Below, piece after piece: positions 34,640-46,875 of a stretch of DNA of 64,000 nucleotides (position 1 is its first letter; each line of letters begins with the position of its first letter). The translations under genes were made by a program, and so were the position numbers. Source of the stretch: an uncultured Planctomycetota bacterium (GTDB taxonomy: Bacteria > Planctomycetota > Planctomycetia > Isosphaerales > Isosphaeraceae); assembly GCA_963823665.1 (NCBI GenBank), contig CAWGMQ010000011.1:384001-448000 (forward strand). Reading direction: 5' to 3'. The notes beneath the pieces are model-generated. The model saw only the letters and a program-made list of their open reading frames with translations. It was not told the origin of the DNA and did no database searches.

Positions 34640-35762
34640 TCAGTAGCTTGGCTTCAGGTCGCGAACGACTTTCCACGCGGCGCGAACCGGGCGGCGGGCG
34701 GGTTGTGAGTCTTTCGAGAGCGCCAGGATCTCGTCGTTCGGGAAGTGGCGGCCCGGGCAGACGGTCTTGGTGGCAGCCAGATGCGAATGGGTTTGAACTC
34801 GGGCCTGGGCGATGTTGTAACGGTTGCTCAGATGAGCAACGAGCGCCTTGGCGGCGGCGATCTGGCGGGCGGTTGGCGGCTCTTTGTCGAGATCACCGAC
34901 CAGGCAGATGCCGATTCCGTATTCGTCGACGTCGTGAGTGCGGGCGTTGCGGCAGTGCACCCCCTGCTTCTGGTTGTTCCACCGCTGAGCGACTTCGATC
35001 TGGCCGTCGCCGCTGCCGTTGCCGTTGCCGATGACGAAGTGGTAGCCGCAGCCGTCGATTCCCAGGATCTTGCGGTGCTCAGCGTCGATCTGGTCATAGC
35101 TGCCGCTTGGGGCGGCACTGTGATGCAGCACGATATACCGCCAGGGCCGATCGGCCTTGTTGGGGTAGATCAGCTCGTTGGCGTTCGAATCATCCAGGAA
35201 GGGCTTGAGCTGGTCGCTCAGGCTGGCGCGCCGAACGCGGCTGGAGTTAGTACCCGCAACTGCGCCTGGCGCGACGGGTCCGTCTCCCCAGTTCGAGGAC
35301 GGCGAAAGCAACGTTGTCGGGCCTGAAATGGGTGGGCCTGACCCTGCCCCGCGCTGCGCCGAGCGGCTTGGGCGGAGGAGGAGGACTGGTCTTGTCGTCG
35401 AGGGTTGAACTGGTTTCGTCGAACGGGGGCTCGCCCAATCTCGATTTCGCCTTGGGCTCGACTTTCGAGTTTACCGTGCCGGATCCTGAGCGGCTCGGCA
35501 TCGGAGTGGTTGAATCCAGCATCGAGGGCTCGGACGACGGTACGGATGTGACCGGCGGCAGGTCGGACTCCTCGGTGACCGTAGCGGCGGGCCCGCAATT
35601 CTTGCACGGGGTCGAAACCGTTGCCGGTGAAGTGTAGACAGGGCGATACGAAGTGCGGCGGCCTGAGCAGCCTGTGAGCGCCGCGGCCGCGAGCAGGGTC
35701 GCACCGACCCAGAGCACCGTTCGTGGGCGCACCACGAGCGCGGCCATCGTTTTGAGGGCCAT
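34640..35762 (-). CDS. N-acetylmuramoyl-L-alanine amidase (Amidase_2) lipoprotein (frameshift ~35330)
   Basis: Lipobox AALTGC, Pro/Ser linker, YIVLHHS, GYHFVIGNG, GIGICLVG, THS, TVCPG. Confidence 0.85.
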
Positions 35763-35998
35763 TGAGAGTCTCCTTGCCAGTTGGAACTGCCGTCCGACAT
35801 CCCGGGTCGGAAGTCAACAGGTACAGAACGCAAGCGGGATGCCGAACCGTGAATCGATCCTTTCATGACGATCGATCCAGAATCCTGGCTTTCGACTCAA
35901 GTCTACACGCCGTTTGGCCGAGCGGCGGATCTCGAAATCATTTTTTTGAGAATTCCTCAAGTTCGCGCCGCAGAGTTCCGCAACGATGTTTGTCAAAA

Positions 35999-36028
35999 TT
36001 GCAACGCCTCGGCAGGAAAGTGTACAGT
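35999..36028 (+). promoter_or_regulatory. Putative sigma70 promoter
   Basis: TTGCAA (35999-36004)-N18-TACAGT (36023-36028), just before the structured RNA. Confidence 0.5.
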
Positions 36029-36033
36029 TGTAA

Positions 36034-36241
36034 GCAGAGCCATCTCCGACCGTGCTGATTGCGAGGGTCGCGACGGACTGCAGGATCTCGACCATTCGGG
36101 TGGGGCGGACTCGAGCAGATGTGCGGATTTCGCGGCTACCGTTCCGGCGGGAAATCTGGCGTCGCGCAGACCGAATCGTTATCCTGAGATGCCGACACGT
36201 GTGAGGTTGGACTGCCCCCGAACCCGCGGCGGGCTTTTTTT
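36034..36241 (+). ncRNA. Putative ~200-nt rod-shaped RNA (6S RNA-like, or leuS leader)
   Basis: Nested stems: TCCGACC/GGTTGGA (36045/36205), CAGGAT/ATCCTG (36081/36181), GACCATTCGG/CCGAATCGTT (36090/36171), GATGT/GCGTC, CGGATTTC/GAAATCTG (36124/36151). G-U pairs favour the + strand. Confidence 0.55.
36221..36241 (+). terminator. Terminator-like hairpin upstream of leuS
   Basis: CCCG-CGG-CGGG followed by C and T7; stem is short. Confidence 0.5.
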
Positions 36242-36308
36242 GTCAACGGAGCAGCCAGCGGGGTCAGGCGAAGTCACCCGTCACGGCCGGAGATCGAGAT
36301 CCAGACCG

Positions 36309-39096
36309 ATGCCCGCGTATCACCCTCAGCGTATCGAACCGAAGTGGCAGCTCGAGTGGGAGCGAAACAAAACCTTCCGCGCCATCGATCTCGATCCCTC
36401 TCGCCCCAAGATTTACGTCCTCGACATGTTTCCGTACCCCAGCGGCGCCGGGTCTCCACGTGGGCCATCCGGAGGGCTATACCGCCACGGACATCTATTG
36501 CCGCTACAAGCGAATGCGGGGGTTCAACGTCCTGCACCCGATGGGCTGGGACGCCTTCGGCCTGCCCGCCGAGCAATACGCCGTTTCGACGAATACGCAT
36601 CCGAGAATCACGACACAAACGAACATCGATACATTTCGCCGCCAGATCAAGTCGCTCGGGTTCTCGTATGACTGGGACCGCGAGATCGATACGACTGATC
36701 CCGGCTATTACCGGTGGACGCAGTGGATCTTCCTCAAGATCTATGACACCTGGTACGACCCCGACTTCGAGTGGACCGACTGGCACGGACCGAACACGCC
36801 GGGGAAAGGGTCGGCCCATTGCCGAGCTGCCCATTCCGCCGGGCACTGCCGACCCGGAAGCTTATCGCGATTCAAGAAGGCTGGCGTACCGGCGCTCGTG
36901 CCGGTGAACTGGTGCCCGGAGCTTGGCACCGTGCTCGCGAATGAGGAAGTGATCGACGGCAAGAGCGAGCGCGGCGGGTTTCCCGTCATCCGGATGCCGC
37001 TCACGCAATGGATGCTGCGCATCACCGCGTATGCCGAGCGATTGATCGAAGAGCTCGACGAGGTCGACTGGCCGCGCCCTATCATGGACATGCAGCGCAA
37101 CTGGGTCGGACGCAGCGTCGGCGCCGAAGTCGACTTTCCCATCGATGCTGGCGGCGGCCGGCAGATCATGGCCGAGGGCTATCGCGCCTGGTCCGAGACA
37201 GCGAGCCCGGATGTGATCCGCGTCTTCACGACCCGCCCCGACACGCTCTTCGGCGCCACGTACATGGTGCTCGCGCCCGAGCATCCGCTGGTCGACCGCC
37301 TTACGACTCCGGAGCAAAAGGCCGCGGTCGCCGCTTATCGCGAGCAGGCCGGGCGAAAGAGTGAGATGGACCGCACCAGTCTGGCCAAGACCAAGACGGG
37401 TGTGTTCACGGGCGGCTTCGCGATCAACCCCGTCAATGGGGAATCGATTCCGGTCTGGATCGCCGACTATGTGCTGATCACGTATGGAACCGGCGCGATC
37501 ATGGCCGTACCGGGACACGACGAGCGCGACTTCGAGTTCGCGCGTGCATTCGACTTGAAGATCGTCCGGGTGGTCGCGTCGCAGTCTTCCGGCGCGGCGG
37601 CGCCGCTCGAAGAGGCCGAGCCCGAGGCCGGCATCTCGGTGAATTCGCGGAACGCGGAGATCGCCCTCGACGGCATGCCCACCGCGGATGCGAAAACGGC
37701 AATCACCGGCTGGCTCGAGAGACGCGGGCTCGGCAAGAAAACGGTGAATTACAAGCTGCGTGATTGGCTGTTTTCGCGACAGCGATACTGGGGCGAGCCG
37801 TTCCCGGTTGTGTTCGATGCGGACGCGCGGCCGCAGTGCGCTTGCGGAATCGGAGCTTCCCGTCCGTTTGCCCGATCTCGCAGACTTCAAGCCGACCGGG
37901 AAGCCCGAGGCCCCGCTCAGCAAAGCTAGAGAATGGGTGCGCTACTCCGAGACGCTCGAGCGCGAGACCAACACGATGCCGCAATGGGCCGGATCGTGCT
38001 GGTATTATCTGCGCTTCCTCGACCCGAAAAACGACAAGGCGGCGTGGGATCCCGAGAAAGAGGCGTACTGGATGCCGGTTGACCTCTACATCGGAGGGGC
38101 CGAGCACGCCGTACTCCACCTGCTCTACAGCCGGTTCTGGCACAAGGTGCTGTACGACCGCGGACCTCGTGAGCACGCCCGAGCCGTTTCGCAGGCTGAT
38201 CAACCAGGGGATGATCCTGGGTGAAACCGAATTCACGGGCCATCGCGACGAAAAGGGGAACTGGGTTTCGACGGACGAGAGCGGCCGAGCCGGCGTCACA
38301 TCCGTCAAGCTCTCGGAAAGCTCAGGTCACGAAGAAGGGCGAGGGCTTCGTGCTCACCGAGAACCCGAGCATTCGCATCGAGGCGCGTGCTCACAAGATG
38401 TCAAAAGCGCGTGGCAACGTGATCAACCCCGACGCGATCGTCGCGGAATACGGCGCCGACAGCTTGCGGCTTTATGAGATGTTCATGGGCCCGCTCGAGG
38501 CCGTCAAGCCGTGGAGCATGAAGGGCGTCGAGGGGGTCTACCGGTTCCTGGCCAGGGCGTGGCGCATGATCGTCGACGCCGAGGCCGAAGCGGTGAAGCT
38601 CGATGCTCGCGTCGTGTCGCAGGAGATTACGCTCGAACAGGCCAAGGCCCTTGCTCGCACCGTCGCATCGGTCACTGAAGATTACGAGGCGCTGCGATAC
38701 AACACTGCGATCAGCCGCTTGATGGAGTTCGTCAATTTCTTCACGGGCAGGAGACACGCCCGAACAAGGCGATGCGAGACGTTCACACTCTTGCTTGCCC
38801 CGATGGCGCCTCATATCGCTGAGGAGCTCTGGCACATCCTGGGCAACACGAATTCTCTGGCATACGAGCCGTGGCCGGCCTTCAACCCGGCGCTTCTGGT
38901 GGAAGACCAGCTCGAGATTCCGGTGCAGGTCAATGGCAAGCTCCGAGGGCGAGTCGTCGTGCCGGCTGATTCAGACAACGCGGGAGTCGAGCGGCTTGCC
39001 CGTGAAGACTCACGCATCGCAGCCGTCCTGGACGGCAAGACCGTTCGCAAAGTCGTGGTGGTGCCGGGCAAGCTGGTCAATTTCGTCGTGGGCTAA
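36309..39096 (+). CDS. leuS: Leucine--tRNA ligase (multiple frameshifts)
   Basis: MFPYPSG, HVGH (HIGH), [52 protein letters not shown], spread over several frames. Confidence 0.95.
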
Positions 39097-39116
39097 AGCG
39101 GGCCTCGAGGCAGGGA

Positions 39117-42024
39117 ATGACTCGGTCGCACTACCTTGTCGGGATCGATCTGGGCACGACCAACTGCGCGGTCGCGTACGTGGATACGCACGGCCGCGAA
39201 CGCCCCGCGGCGGATATCCGCAACTTCCCGGTGCCGCAGCTTGTTGCCCCGGGAGAGACGGCGCCGCGCGCGATGCTGCCCTCGTTCCTGTACCTGCCAG
39301 GCCAGCACGAGCTTCCGGCGGGCGCAGCTCGGCTTCCATGGAGCAACCAGGCCGAACACATCGTCGGCGAATTCGCGCGGATCCAGGGCGCGAAGGTTCC
39401 CGCTCGCAGCGTCTCGAGCGCCAAAAGCTGGCTTTGCCATCCAGGTATCGACCGCGAAGCCGCCATTCTTCCGTGGGGCAGCCCGCCCGAGGTGAAGAAG
39501 GAGTCTCCGGTCGAGGCGTCAGCCGACTACCTGCGGCACATTCGAGACGCGTGGAACCATACATTCGCTGAAGAAAATGCCTCGATGCGGCTTGAAGAGC
39601 AGGAAGTGGTGCTGACCGTGCCAGCCTCGTTCGACGAGGCGGCGCGTGAGCTGACGCTCGAGGCTGCGAAGCGCGCCGGGCTCAAGTCGGTCACGCTGCT
39701 CGAAGAGCCGCAGGCGGCGTTTTACTGCTGGATCGTCTCGCACCAGGACCGCTGGCAGAAGGAAGTGCGTGCCGGCGAGCTGATCCTGGTCTGCGATATC
39801 GGCGGCGGCACGACGGACTTTAGCCTGATCACAGTCGTTGAAACGCCGACCGGGCCGGGGTTCCGCCGTGTCGCTGTGGGCGACCATCTGATGCTCGGGG
39901 GCGACAACATCGATCTGGCGCTCGCTCACCACGTCGAGAAGAAGCTGGGCGGAGCGCGGCTCGATGCCGACCAGTGGAGCGCATTGCGCTCGGCTTGCCG
40001 CACGGCCAAAGAGAAGCTGCTGGGCGAGGAAACGCCGGGTCTCGAACGCTGGCCAGTGACCATTGCGGGCCGTGGGTCGAAGCTGATCGGTGGCAGTCTG
40101 CAGGCCGAGCTATTGCGAAACGAAGTCGAGGCCATCGCGGTGGACGGTTTCTTCCCGATGACCCACCGGGATGAGATTCCCGACCGTGGGGCCCGATCAG
40201 GCATGCAGGAATTTGGGCTTCCGTTCGTGGCCGATCCGGCCGTACCCAAGCATTTGAGCCAGTTCTTGCGCCGGCATCGGGCCGAGGCCGGGGTGACGCA
40301 CCACACAGAGTCGAGCGGCCCGGATGGACCTGATGCCCTTGACCGGCCGGCACGGCCCGACGCGATCCTTTTCAACGGCGGGGCGCTCACGCCCGAAATC
40401 GTGCGGCGGCGGATCGTCGAGGTGATCACTGCCTGGTTCGCCGGCGAGGACGGACCGCCTTATGCTCCGCGCGTGCTGACCAACATCTCTCTCGATCTAG
40501 CCGTGGCCCAGGGCGCCGCATATTACGGCGTGGTGCGGCGCGGCGAGGGCATTCGGATCGGAGGCGGAACCGCCCGGTCTTTTTACGTGGGCCTCGAAAC
40601 GACCCAGACCGAGAATCCCTGGCTCTGCGTGGTGCCGCGCGATTCGCAGGAGGGCGAAGAAATCACGATCGCGGGTCATGATTTCGACCTGCTCATGGGG
40701 CAGCCGGTGGTTTTCCCACTGGCTAGCAGCTCGGTGCGGCCCGATGATAAGCCGGGTGACCTGGTGCGCGCCGATCCCGACTCGATTCGCGAGCTGCCGC
40801 CGCTCCAGAGCTTGATGCGGGTTAGCCGCAAGGCCAGGGCGGAGCGAGCGCCGGTGAGCCTGGCGGCGCGGGTCACGGAGGTCGGCACGATCGAGCTCTG
40901 GTGTCAGTCGCGGAACGACGAACGGCGCTGGCGGCTCCAGATCCAGCTTCGGGGCCCGTCAGGGCAGCTCACGCCGCGCGGCAGCGTGACGGGCGACGAA
41001 TCCGATCTGGTCGTGATCGAACAATCCGAGCTTGACGCCGCGATCGAGGCGATCAACACGGCATTCGAAGGACGGCCGGCCCCGGTGGTGAGCGCCGCGC
41101 CGCCGTCGGCGAGCGAAGATACTGGTCCCGCGCGGCTGGTGAAGCGGCTCGAGGAGACTCTGGACCTGCCGCGCGACGCGTGGCCGCCCTCGGCGCTGCG
41201 AACTCTGTGGGACCCGCTTCTGGCCTGCATGGAGAAGCGGCTGAAGGGCCCGCGACACGAGTCGCGCTGGTTCAATCTGGCGGGGTTCTTCCTGCGACCT
41301 GGGCGCGGCTATCCTCTTGACGAGATCCGGATCAAGGCGCTCTGGTCGATCTTCCATCAAGGGGTGAAGCATATCAAGGATGTGCAATGCTGGGCCGAAT
41401 GGTGGATTCTCTGGCGGCGGGTCGCGGCGGGACTCGCGCGAGCCGCACCACGAGGAGATCTACCGGCGGCTGGCCCCGTTCCTGCTGCCGGCCAAGGGGT
41501 CAAGCCCCGCGAAGAAGGCGGGAAGACCCAAGCCCGAGGGCCACGAAATGGCCGAGATGTGGCGGTGCGCTGCCAGCCTCGAACGAGTCTCACCCGACGT
41601 CAAGGAATCGCTGGGCGACGCTCTGGTCAAGGAGCTTGCGCACGGGTCGCCGGGTGCCCACGTCTACTGGTGCCTCGGCCGGCTGGGCGCTCGCGTGCCG
41701 CTCTACGGACCGGCAAATACAGTCGTTCGCAAGGAGGCAGCCGAGCGCTGGACATGCGAGCTGCTCGAACATGCCTTTGCGGCCGGGCGAGAGACCGGCG
41801 ACGCCATCTTCGCGCTCGCGCAACTGGCGAGAGTGGCCAACGACCGCGCCCGCGACCTGGAGGATCCGCTCCGGCAGAAAGTAATTTCGCGTTTGACCGA
41901 TCTCGGAGCCGACGAGAACGAACTGAAGCCCGTTCGCGAATATCACGAGCTGGAATCAGCCCAGCAGGTCCAAGCGCTCGGAGACTCGCTGCCGATCGGG
42001 TTGAGGCTCGTGAGGGAGGGGTGA
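39117..42024 (+). CDS. Hsp70-family protein with long C-terminal domain (DUF3731-type; frameshift ~41440)
   Basis: GIDLGTTN, TVPASF, EEPQAA, DIGGGTTD, LGGDNID, LFNGG; C-terminal WFNLAGFFLRPG, WRRVAAGL, GRLGARVPLYG. Confidence 0.88.
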
Positions 42025-42042
42025 GGTTGAGCAAACCTCACC

Positions 42043-43003
42043 TCAGCAGGCACGGCTCAAGGAACACCGTCGCCCGGTGCGGCTGGCTCGTCGAACTCCG
42101 AATCGCCAGAAACCGGAGTGTTCGCGACGAACATTCTCATTTCGTCCACGACCACCGCCGTGACGACAAGCCCCACCAGCAGCACCCGCGTCAGCTCGCG
42201 CGCCCAGCGGGGGAGCCGGCGCACGGCGGCAGCTCGGGTAGCCAGGCGACGAGCGGGCTCGCGAACAGAACGATGGCATGCGTCGAGCTCAGCTCACCGA
42301 AGAATCGGCCGGCGACGACTAGTGAGTAGAACAGCACGATCGCCGTGCCGAGTGGGCGAGCGCCGCGCGATGACCACCGGAGCGTGAGTGTCGTAGCGAT
42401 CAATCCAGCAACCGCGCCCGCAAGCGCCAGCGTCGCCTGGCCGCCACTCAGGTACCCAGAAATCATGATGGCCAGACCGGCGCCGGCGCACGAGATCGCG
42501 AGACAAATCGCCGGTGATACCCCCCCTACCCTCGCCGACAACAAGTTCAACAGAGCCGACACCGCGATCAGCGCCGCCGCGAGGCCACCCAGGATCTGCA
42601 ACGCCTGGGCGGTCGACCAATCGGCGGTGCCGGGACCGGCCTGGTCGGTGATGTAACTGGTGCCGTGCAGCAGAATCGGAGCGACACACGCGGCGAGAGC
42701 GGCGCGTAGAACCCAGACCAGCGGCCGCGGCACACGGTGGAACGCCCCGACCAGCTCAACCAAGACGGCCGCAGGTAGCACCACGAGGAGCAGACGGTCC
42801 AGATCTTCGACCAGCCGCCAGTGCGGCACTTTGCCCAACAGACAGCAGCCGAGCAGGGAACCCGCGGCTGGCCCCACCACCCAGCCGATGTCGACTCCGG
42901 CGGTGCCAGTCTTTCGGCCGCGCCAGCCGAAGAGGACGAGCATCACCGCCGAAGCCGCCAGTGCGGCGCCGATGGCCGACAAGATCGAAAGCGGATCAGG
43001 CAT
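42043..43003 (-). CDS. Hypothetical multi-pass membrane protein (frameshift ~42220)
   Basis: Many hydrophobic helices; last segment continues in ORF 42043-42279 region. Confidence 0.65.
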
Positions 43004-43038
43004 GATCCGGCTCCGCGATTGATCGGATCAAAGCGGTA

Positions 43039-43617
43039 TTATCTCTTCTTCGTCGCTTCGAGCCCGACCGAGACCTGAACTTCGTCGCCGAGCATCTTCA
43101 TGGTCTTGGCGATGCCGAAATCGGTTCGGTTGATCGTGAAGTCTCCGTAAAACCCGATTTTCGTACCGGCGCGGGGATCGTTGATGGTTTTGCCGCCTTT
43201 GAGAGTGAGCGTGATCGGCTTGGTTTCCCCGTGCAGCGTCAGATCGCCGGTCACCTCGTAGCCGCCGTCGGCAGCCGGCTTGACAGCGCTGCTTTTGAAC
43301 GTGATGGACGCAAACTGCTTGGCGTTGAAGAAATCCGGGCTCCGCAGATGGGTGTCTCTGCCTTGATTGTTCGTGTCCACGCTCTGGGTCTTGATCGCGA
43401 AGTCGAACGAGCTCTTGGCCGGGTCGGCTGAATCGATCTTCAACGTGCCGGAAAAGCTATTGAAGCGGCCGTGAACATAGCTCAGACCCATGTGCTCGAT
43501 CTTGAAGCTGACGCTCGAGTGCGCGACGTCGACGGCGAAATCATCGGCCGCGGCAAATCCGCCGAATCCGAGAAAAAGAACGACGACTGCAGTGGCCTGA
43601 GAAAGGAAGGATCGCAT
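43039..43617 (-). CDS. YceI family protein
   Basis: Signal peptide, HSSVSF, GRF, RDTHLRSPDFF, GDLTLHG, INRTDFG. Confidence 0.93.
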   Translation of the reverse strand: MRSFLSQATAVVVLFLGFGGFAAADDFAVDVAHSSVSFKIEHMGLSYVHGRFNSFSGTLKIDSADPAKSSFDFAIKTQSVDTNNQGRDTHLRSPDFFNAKQFASITFKSSAVKPAADGGYEVTGDLTLHGETKPITLTLKGGKTINDPRAGTKIGFYGDFTINRTDFGIAKTMKMLGDEVQVSVGLEATKKR

Positions 43618-43712
43618 GTTGAAAGGCTCCCATGGGTGAAAAAGCAGGATACCGGCAGAAAACAATCACCGGGAATCCCGTGCTGAAAAGTGAGTCGATT
43701 GAACCAGCGGGC

Positions 43713-45344
43713 TCACTGCCCGGCCGCTTCGCGGGCTTTGGTCTTCTCTTGCTTGGGCTCTTCGGACTGCGGCTTCTGGTCGCGCCGCTGCTGGAATTCG
43801 GGGGCGTCGAACATCGAGGGCTCGGGTGTCTTGGGACTTCGGGGCAAGATCTCCGGGAGCATGGCCACTCCGTACGCCCACCCCGCAAGCACTTTGGCCC
43901 CCTGGTTCACCTCATCCGGATAAACCTTGTCGACCGTGTCGCTCTCCGTGTGGTGTGTTTTCCGATACTCGGCTTCGTCCTGTACGACCGCGAATGCCGG
44001 GACGCCATGCGGAAGAAACGACATGTGGTCGGTTCCCATCATGGTGCGCATGCTGAGCTCCTCGAGGTTGACGGCCTCCTTGAACGGATCGACGACCTGC
44101 TCCATGACTTCGCGCAAGTCAAAGCGGCCTTGCAGCCCGATGCTCTTGACCCGGCCGGTTCCCATGTCGTGGATCAGCACGCCGCAGATCTTGGACATCT
44201 CCTTTTCGTGCGCTTTCACGTAGGCTCGCGAGCCGTGCAATCCCTCTTCCTCCCCCGAGAAGAGGACGCAGCGGATCGTGCGCTTCGGCTTGGCGCCGAC
44301 CGCCTTCAAGGCCCGGGCGGCCTCGAGCACCGCCATGATGCCCGTGCCATTGTCGGTGGCGCCGGTTCCCAGGTCCCAGCTATCGATGTGCCCGCCGATG
44401 ATCACCACCTCGTCGGCCTTGTCGGATCCTGGAATCTCTGCCACGGTATTGTAAACCTCGACTTCTCCCTTGCTGAACGTGTTTTGCAAGTCGATCTCGA
44501 CCTCCACCGGCCCGCGCTTGAGAAGCCGCCAGATGAGGCCGTACGATTCGGTGGTCAAGAACGCTTCGGGAAGCTCCGCCTGCGCAAACTTGGCTGACGC
44601 CCCCGTCATGTTGATCAGGCCGTGCTCCTTGTTCGAGTCGATCAAGAGCCCGGCGGCTCCTTCGTCAATCAGGAACTTCCGAAGCTGGGGCCGGAAGCTA
44701 CGGCCGCGCACGTATTCGCGAATTCGCTTTTTCATGTCGCCTTCGAGGTTGGCCTTGCCCTGCTTGGGCGACGGCTGGACTGACACCTCGGAGAGCAGCA
44801 CCCACGCTCCCTTGATCTTGCCCTTGTAAGCGGCGAGCTCGTCGGCTGACTGGGCCTTCACATGGACGACCGGCCCGCGCTTGGGACCATCGGTCGACGG
44901 GCTCCAACCGGCCGATTCTAGGAGAATCCGCTGCTCCACCGGCACAACCACGCGACCCTTGGCGTCGCCGCGAATCCAGGCTCGGTCGATCGTCCAGGGT
45001 TCGAGGTGCGCGTTCGATAATCCGTACTGTTCGAACTTCCTCTTCGTCCAATCGTTGGCTTTCGTCAGATTTGGCGAGCCGGTCAACCTCGGACCGATCA
45101 TGTCGCAGAGATATTCGATGTTGGTCATCAGCTCTGAGTGCTTGTCGATTTCATCCAGAATCGCTTGGGTCACGGCCTTGACCTCGCCACTCGATTCCTT
45201 CGCTGCGGGGGCCGCGCCCGGCTGCGCTCCTGCGCGTTGTCGCTCGCGCGCGGGCGGACCTCCCGCGGGCGGAGCTTGCGCGAGAACCGAGGCACACAGC
45301 CCGGCTGCCGATACAGAGATCAACCACGCACGAATGGATTTCAT
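43713..45344 (-). CDS. M28 family peptidase (carboxypeptidase Q-like), secreted
   Basis: IGPRLTGS, GGHIDSWD, GATDNGTG, GEEEGLHGS, TDH, HHTESDT. Confidence 0.92.
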   Translation of the reverse strand: MKSIRAWLISVSAAGLCASVLAQAPPAGGPPARERQRAGAQPGAAPAAKESSGEVKAVTQAILDEIDKHSELMTNIEYLCDMIGPRLTGSPNLTKANDWTKRKFEQYGLSNAHLEPWTIDRAWIRGDAKGRVVVPVEQRILLESAGWSPSTDGPKRGPVVHVKAQSADELAAYKGKIKGAWVLLSEVSVQPSPKQGKANLEGDMKKRIREYVRGRSFRPQLRKFLIDEGAAGLLIDSNKEHGLINMTGASAKFAQAELPEAFLTTESYGLIWRLLKRGPVEVEIDLQNTFSKGEVEVYNTVAEIPGSDKADEVVIIGGHIDSWDLGTGATDNGTGIMAVLEAARALKAVGAKPKRTIRCVLFSGEEEGLHGSRAYVKAHEKEMSKICGVLIHDMGTGRVKSIGLQGRFDLREVMEQVVDPFKEAVNLEELSMRTMMGTDHMSFLPHGVPAFAVVQDEAEYRKTHHTESDTVDKVYPDEVNQGAKVLAGWAYGVAMLPEILPRSPKTPEPSMFDAPEFQQRRDQKPQSEEPKQEKTKAREAAGQ

Positions 45345-45512
45345 GATCGAACTGGGCCTCTTGCAAAAGTTGAACATCGATGGTGGGCTGGCTCTATCTC
45401 TGCCAAGCCCCGGCGTCCCGCAAAGCCACAGGCCATCGTAGGTGTGCCGCGACGGATTGGCAAGCGTTGCGTTTCCAGCCAAGTCCTGTACTGCCCGTGT
45501 CCCGAAGCATCG

Positions 45513-46475
45513 TCACTTGCCAAGCGGAACGACATTTTTTCCAACGTAGTCTTCAACGGGCGACGGTGGCGCGGGGCCGATGTAGTGAAATGCTTCGGCA
45601 TACTCCACTCCGTATTTCCGTCCCAGCTCGCGGTTGCGGGCCAGCAGGAATTCCTTGATGTAATTGCGGTCGGCGGTTACATCGTCGTCGCCCAAAAGGG
45701 GCAATCGCTGCTGTTTTTTCGCGAGCTCGGCGCGGAGCCGCGATCCGTGACGACCACCGGGACCCTTCGCTTGATTGGCGCGGTTTGCCTCGACCTTCCG
45801 ATCAACGAACGAGCTGATATCCACCACGCGGGTGATCTCCGGGCGTCGGGCGTAATAATACTTCTCGCGGACGGCGTGCGGTTTCAATCCCGCCGCGAAT
45901 TGCTCGGCGTAATCGTGATCACGGCCCGCCATCCAGCACGATGCTTCCACTCCGCGAGCGATTGCGTAATGATCGGGATTCTCCTCGTCGTGCGCCCAGG
46001 GATCCCAGCAGATGACGGTATCCACTTTGAGCAGGCGGATGAGAAAGATCAGCCGGCACTGCAGCTCATTCTGCGAGACATCGCCCATCCGGTGGTTCCC
46101 GTAATTGAAGTTGAAGACGCGCTTGAGCCCGAGAACTCGCGCGACCTCGTCGTTGTCGCGCTCGTTGCCGAGCACGTTCTGGCCGACTGTGCCGGTCGTC
46201 CCGAGCTCTCGTGCGTCGCCCATGTCGTCATTGGTCGCACGAAGCAGGTAGCCGGTGTAGCCCTCGCTCACGAGCTTGGCGACGGTCCCGGCCGCGAACA
46301 GCGGAATGTCGTCGGAGTGAGCCTGTACTGCCAGCAATACCTTGCCTTTGTGCGGCGTCTCGTGCTCCAAACGCTCGAGGTACACGTCTGGTGCCGCTCC
46401 CTGGGCTTTCGCGGATCGCGATCGCGAAAGCGCCAGGCTGCACAACATCGCGGTGAAGAATTCGCGCCGTTGCAT
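45513..46475 (-). CDS. PIG-L family deacetylase, Tat signal
   Basis: QRREF, AHSDD, NPDH, YAEAF. Confidence 0.88.
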   Translation of the reverse strand: MQRREFFTAMLCSLALSRSRSAKAQGAAPDVYLERLEHETPHKGKVLLAVQAHSDDIPLFAAGTVAKLVSEGYTGYLLRATNDDMGDARELGTTGTVGQNVLGNERDNDEVARVLGLKRVFNFNYGNHRMGDVSQNELQCRLIFLIRLLKVDTVICWDPWAHDEENPDHYAIARGVEASCWMAGRDHDYAEQFAAGLKPHAVREKYYYARRPEITRVVDISSFVDRKVEANRANQAKGPGGRHGSRLRAELAKKQQRLPLLGDDDVTADRNYIKEFLLARNRELGRKYGVEYAEAFHYIGPAPPSPVEDYVGKNVVPLGK

Positions 46476-46875
46476 TCTAGCGTCCTCATTGTGAATGACT
46501 TACGCCCTCTCATGTCATCGCCGTCCCAAGAATTTCCACCGCTTGCTCCAAGAAATCAACCGCTCAATCGTCCTTCTTCAGTTGAACGCGGTCACCAGGA
46601 CGAGATGATCGCGCCGCGCCGCGATCCGGCACACTGTGCTGGCAACGGGCAGCTTGGGAGTCAAATGAACGACGAACTTTGCGACTTGGATTGCTCTTGG
46701 TACCGCCGTGCTGGCGTGGCACAAACGGCGACACGGTTCGACGAAGGTCCATACGCTGCAGTCGAGCAGGTGGGCGCACCCGCATTCCGCTCACGGGTTG
46801 GTGGCCAAGACGAAGCAATCTGGCGTGAGGAGTTTGTGCACGCGGTCGCCCGCGCGTTCGGTTCCTGAAGACTCC

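Noticed and set aside
36034..36241. T-box, SRP RNA or tmRNA
   Set aside because: No T-box (AAGGTGGNACC-type) motif, no GGAA/GCAGC SRP domain IV, no tRNA-like ends.
46505..46870. Small gene between the PIG-L and Trx-NHL genes
   Set aside because: No frame gives a convincing protein.
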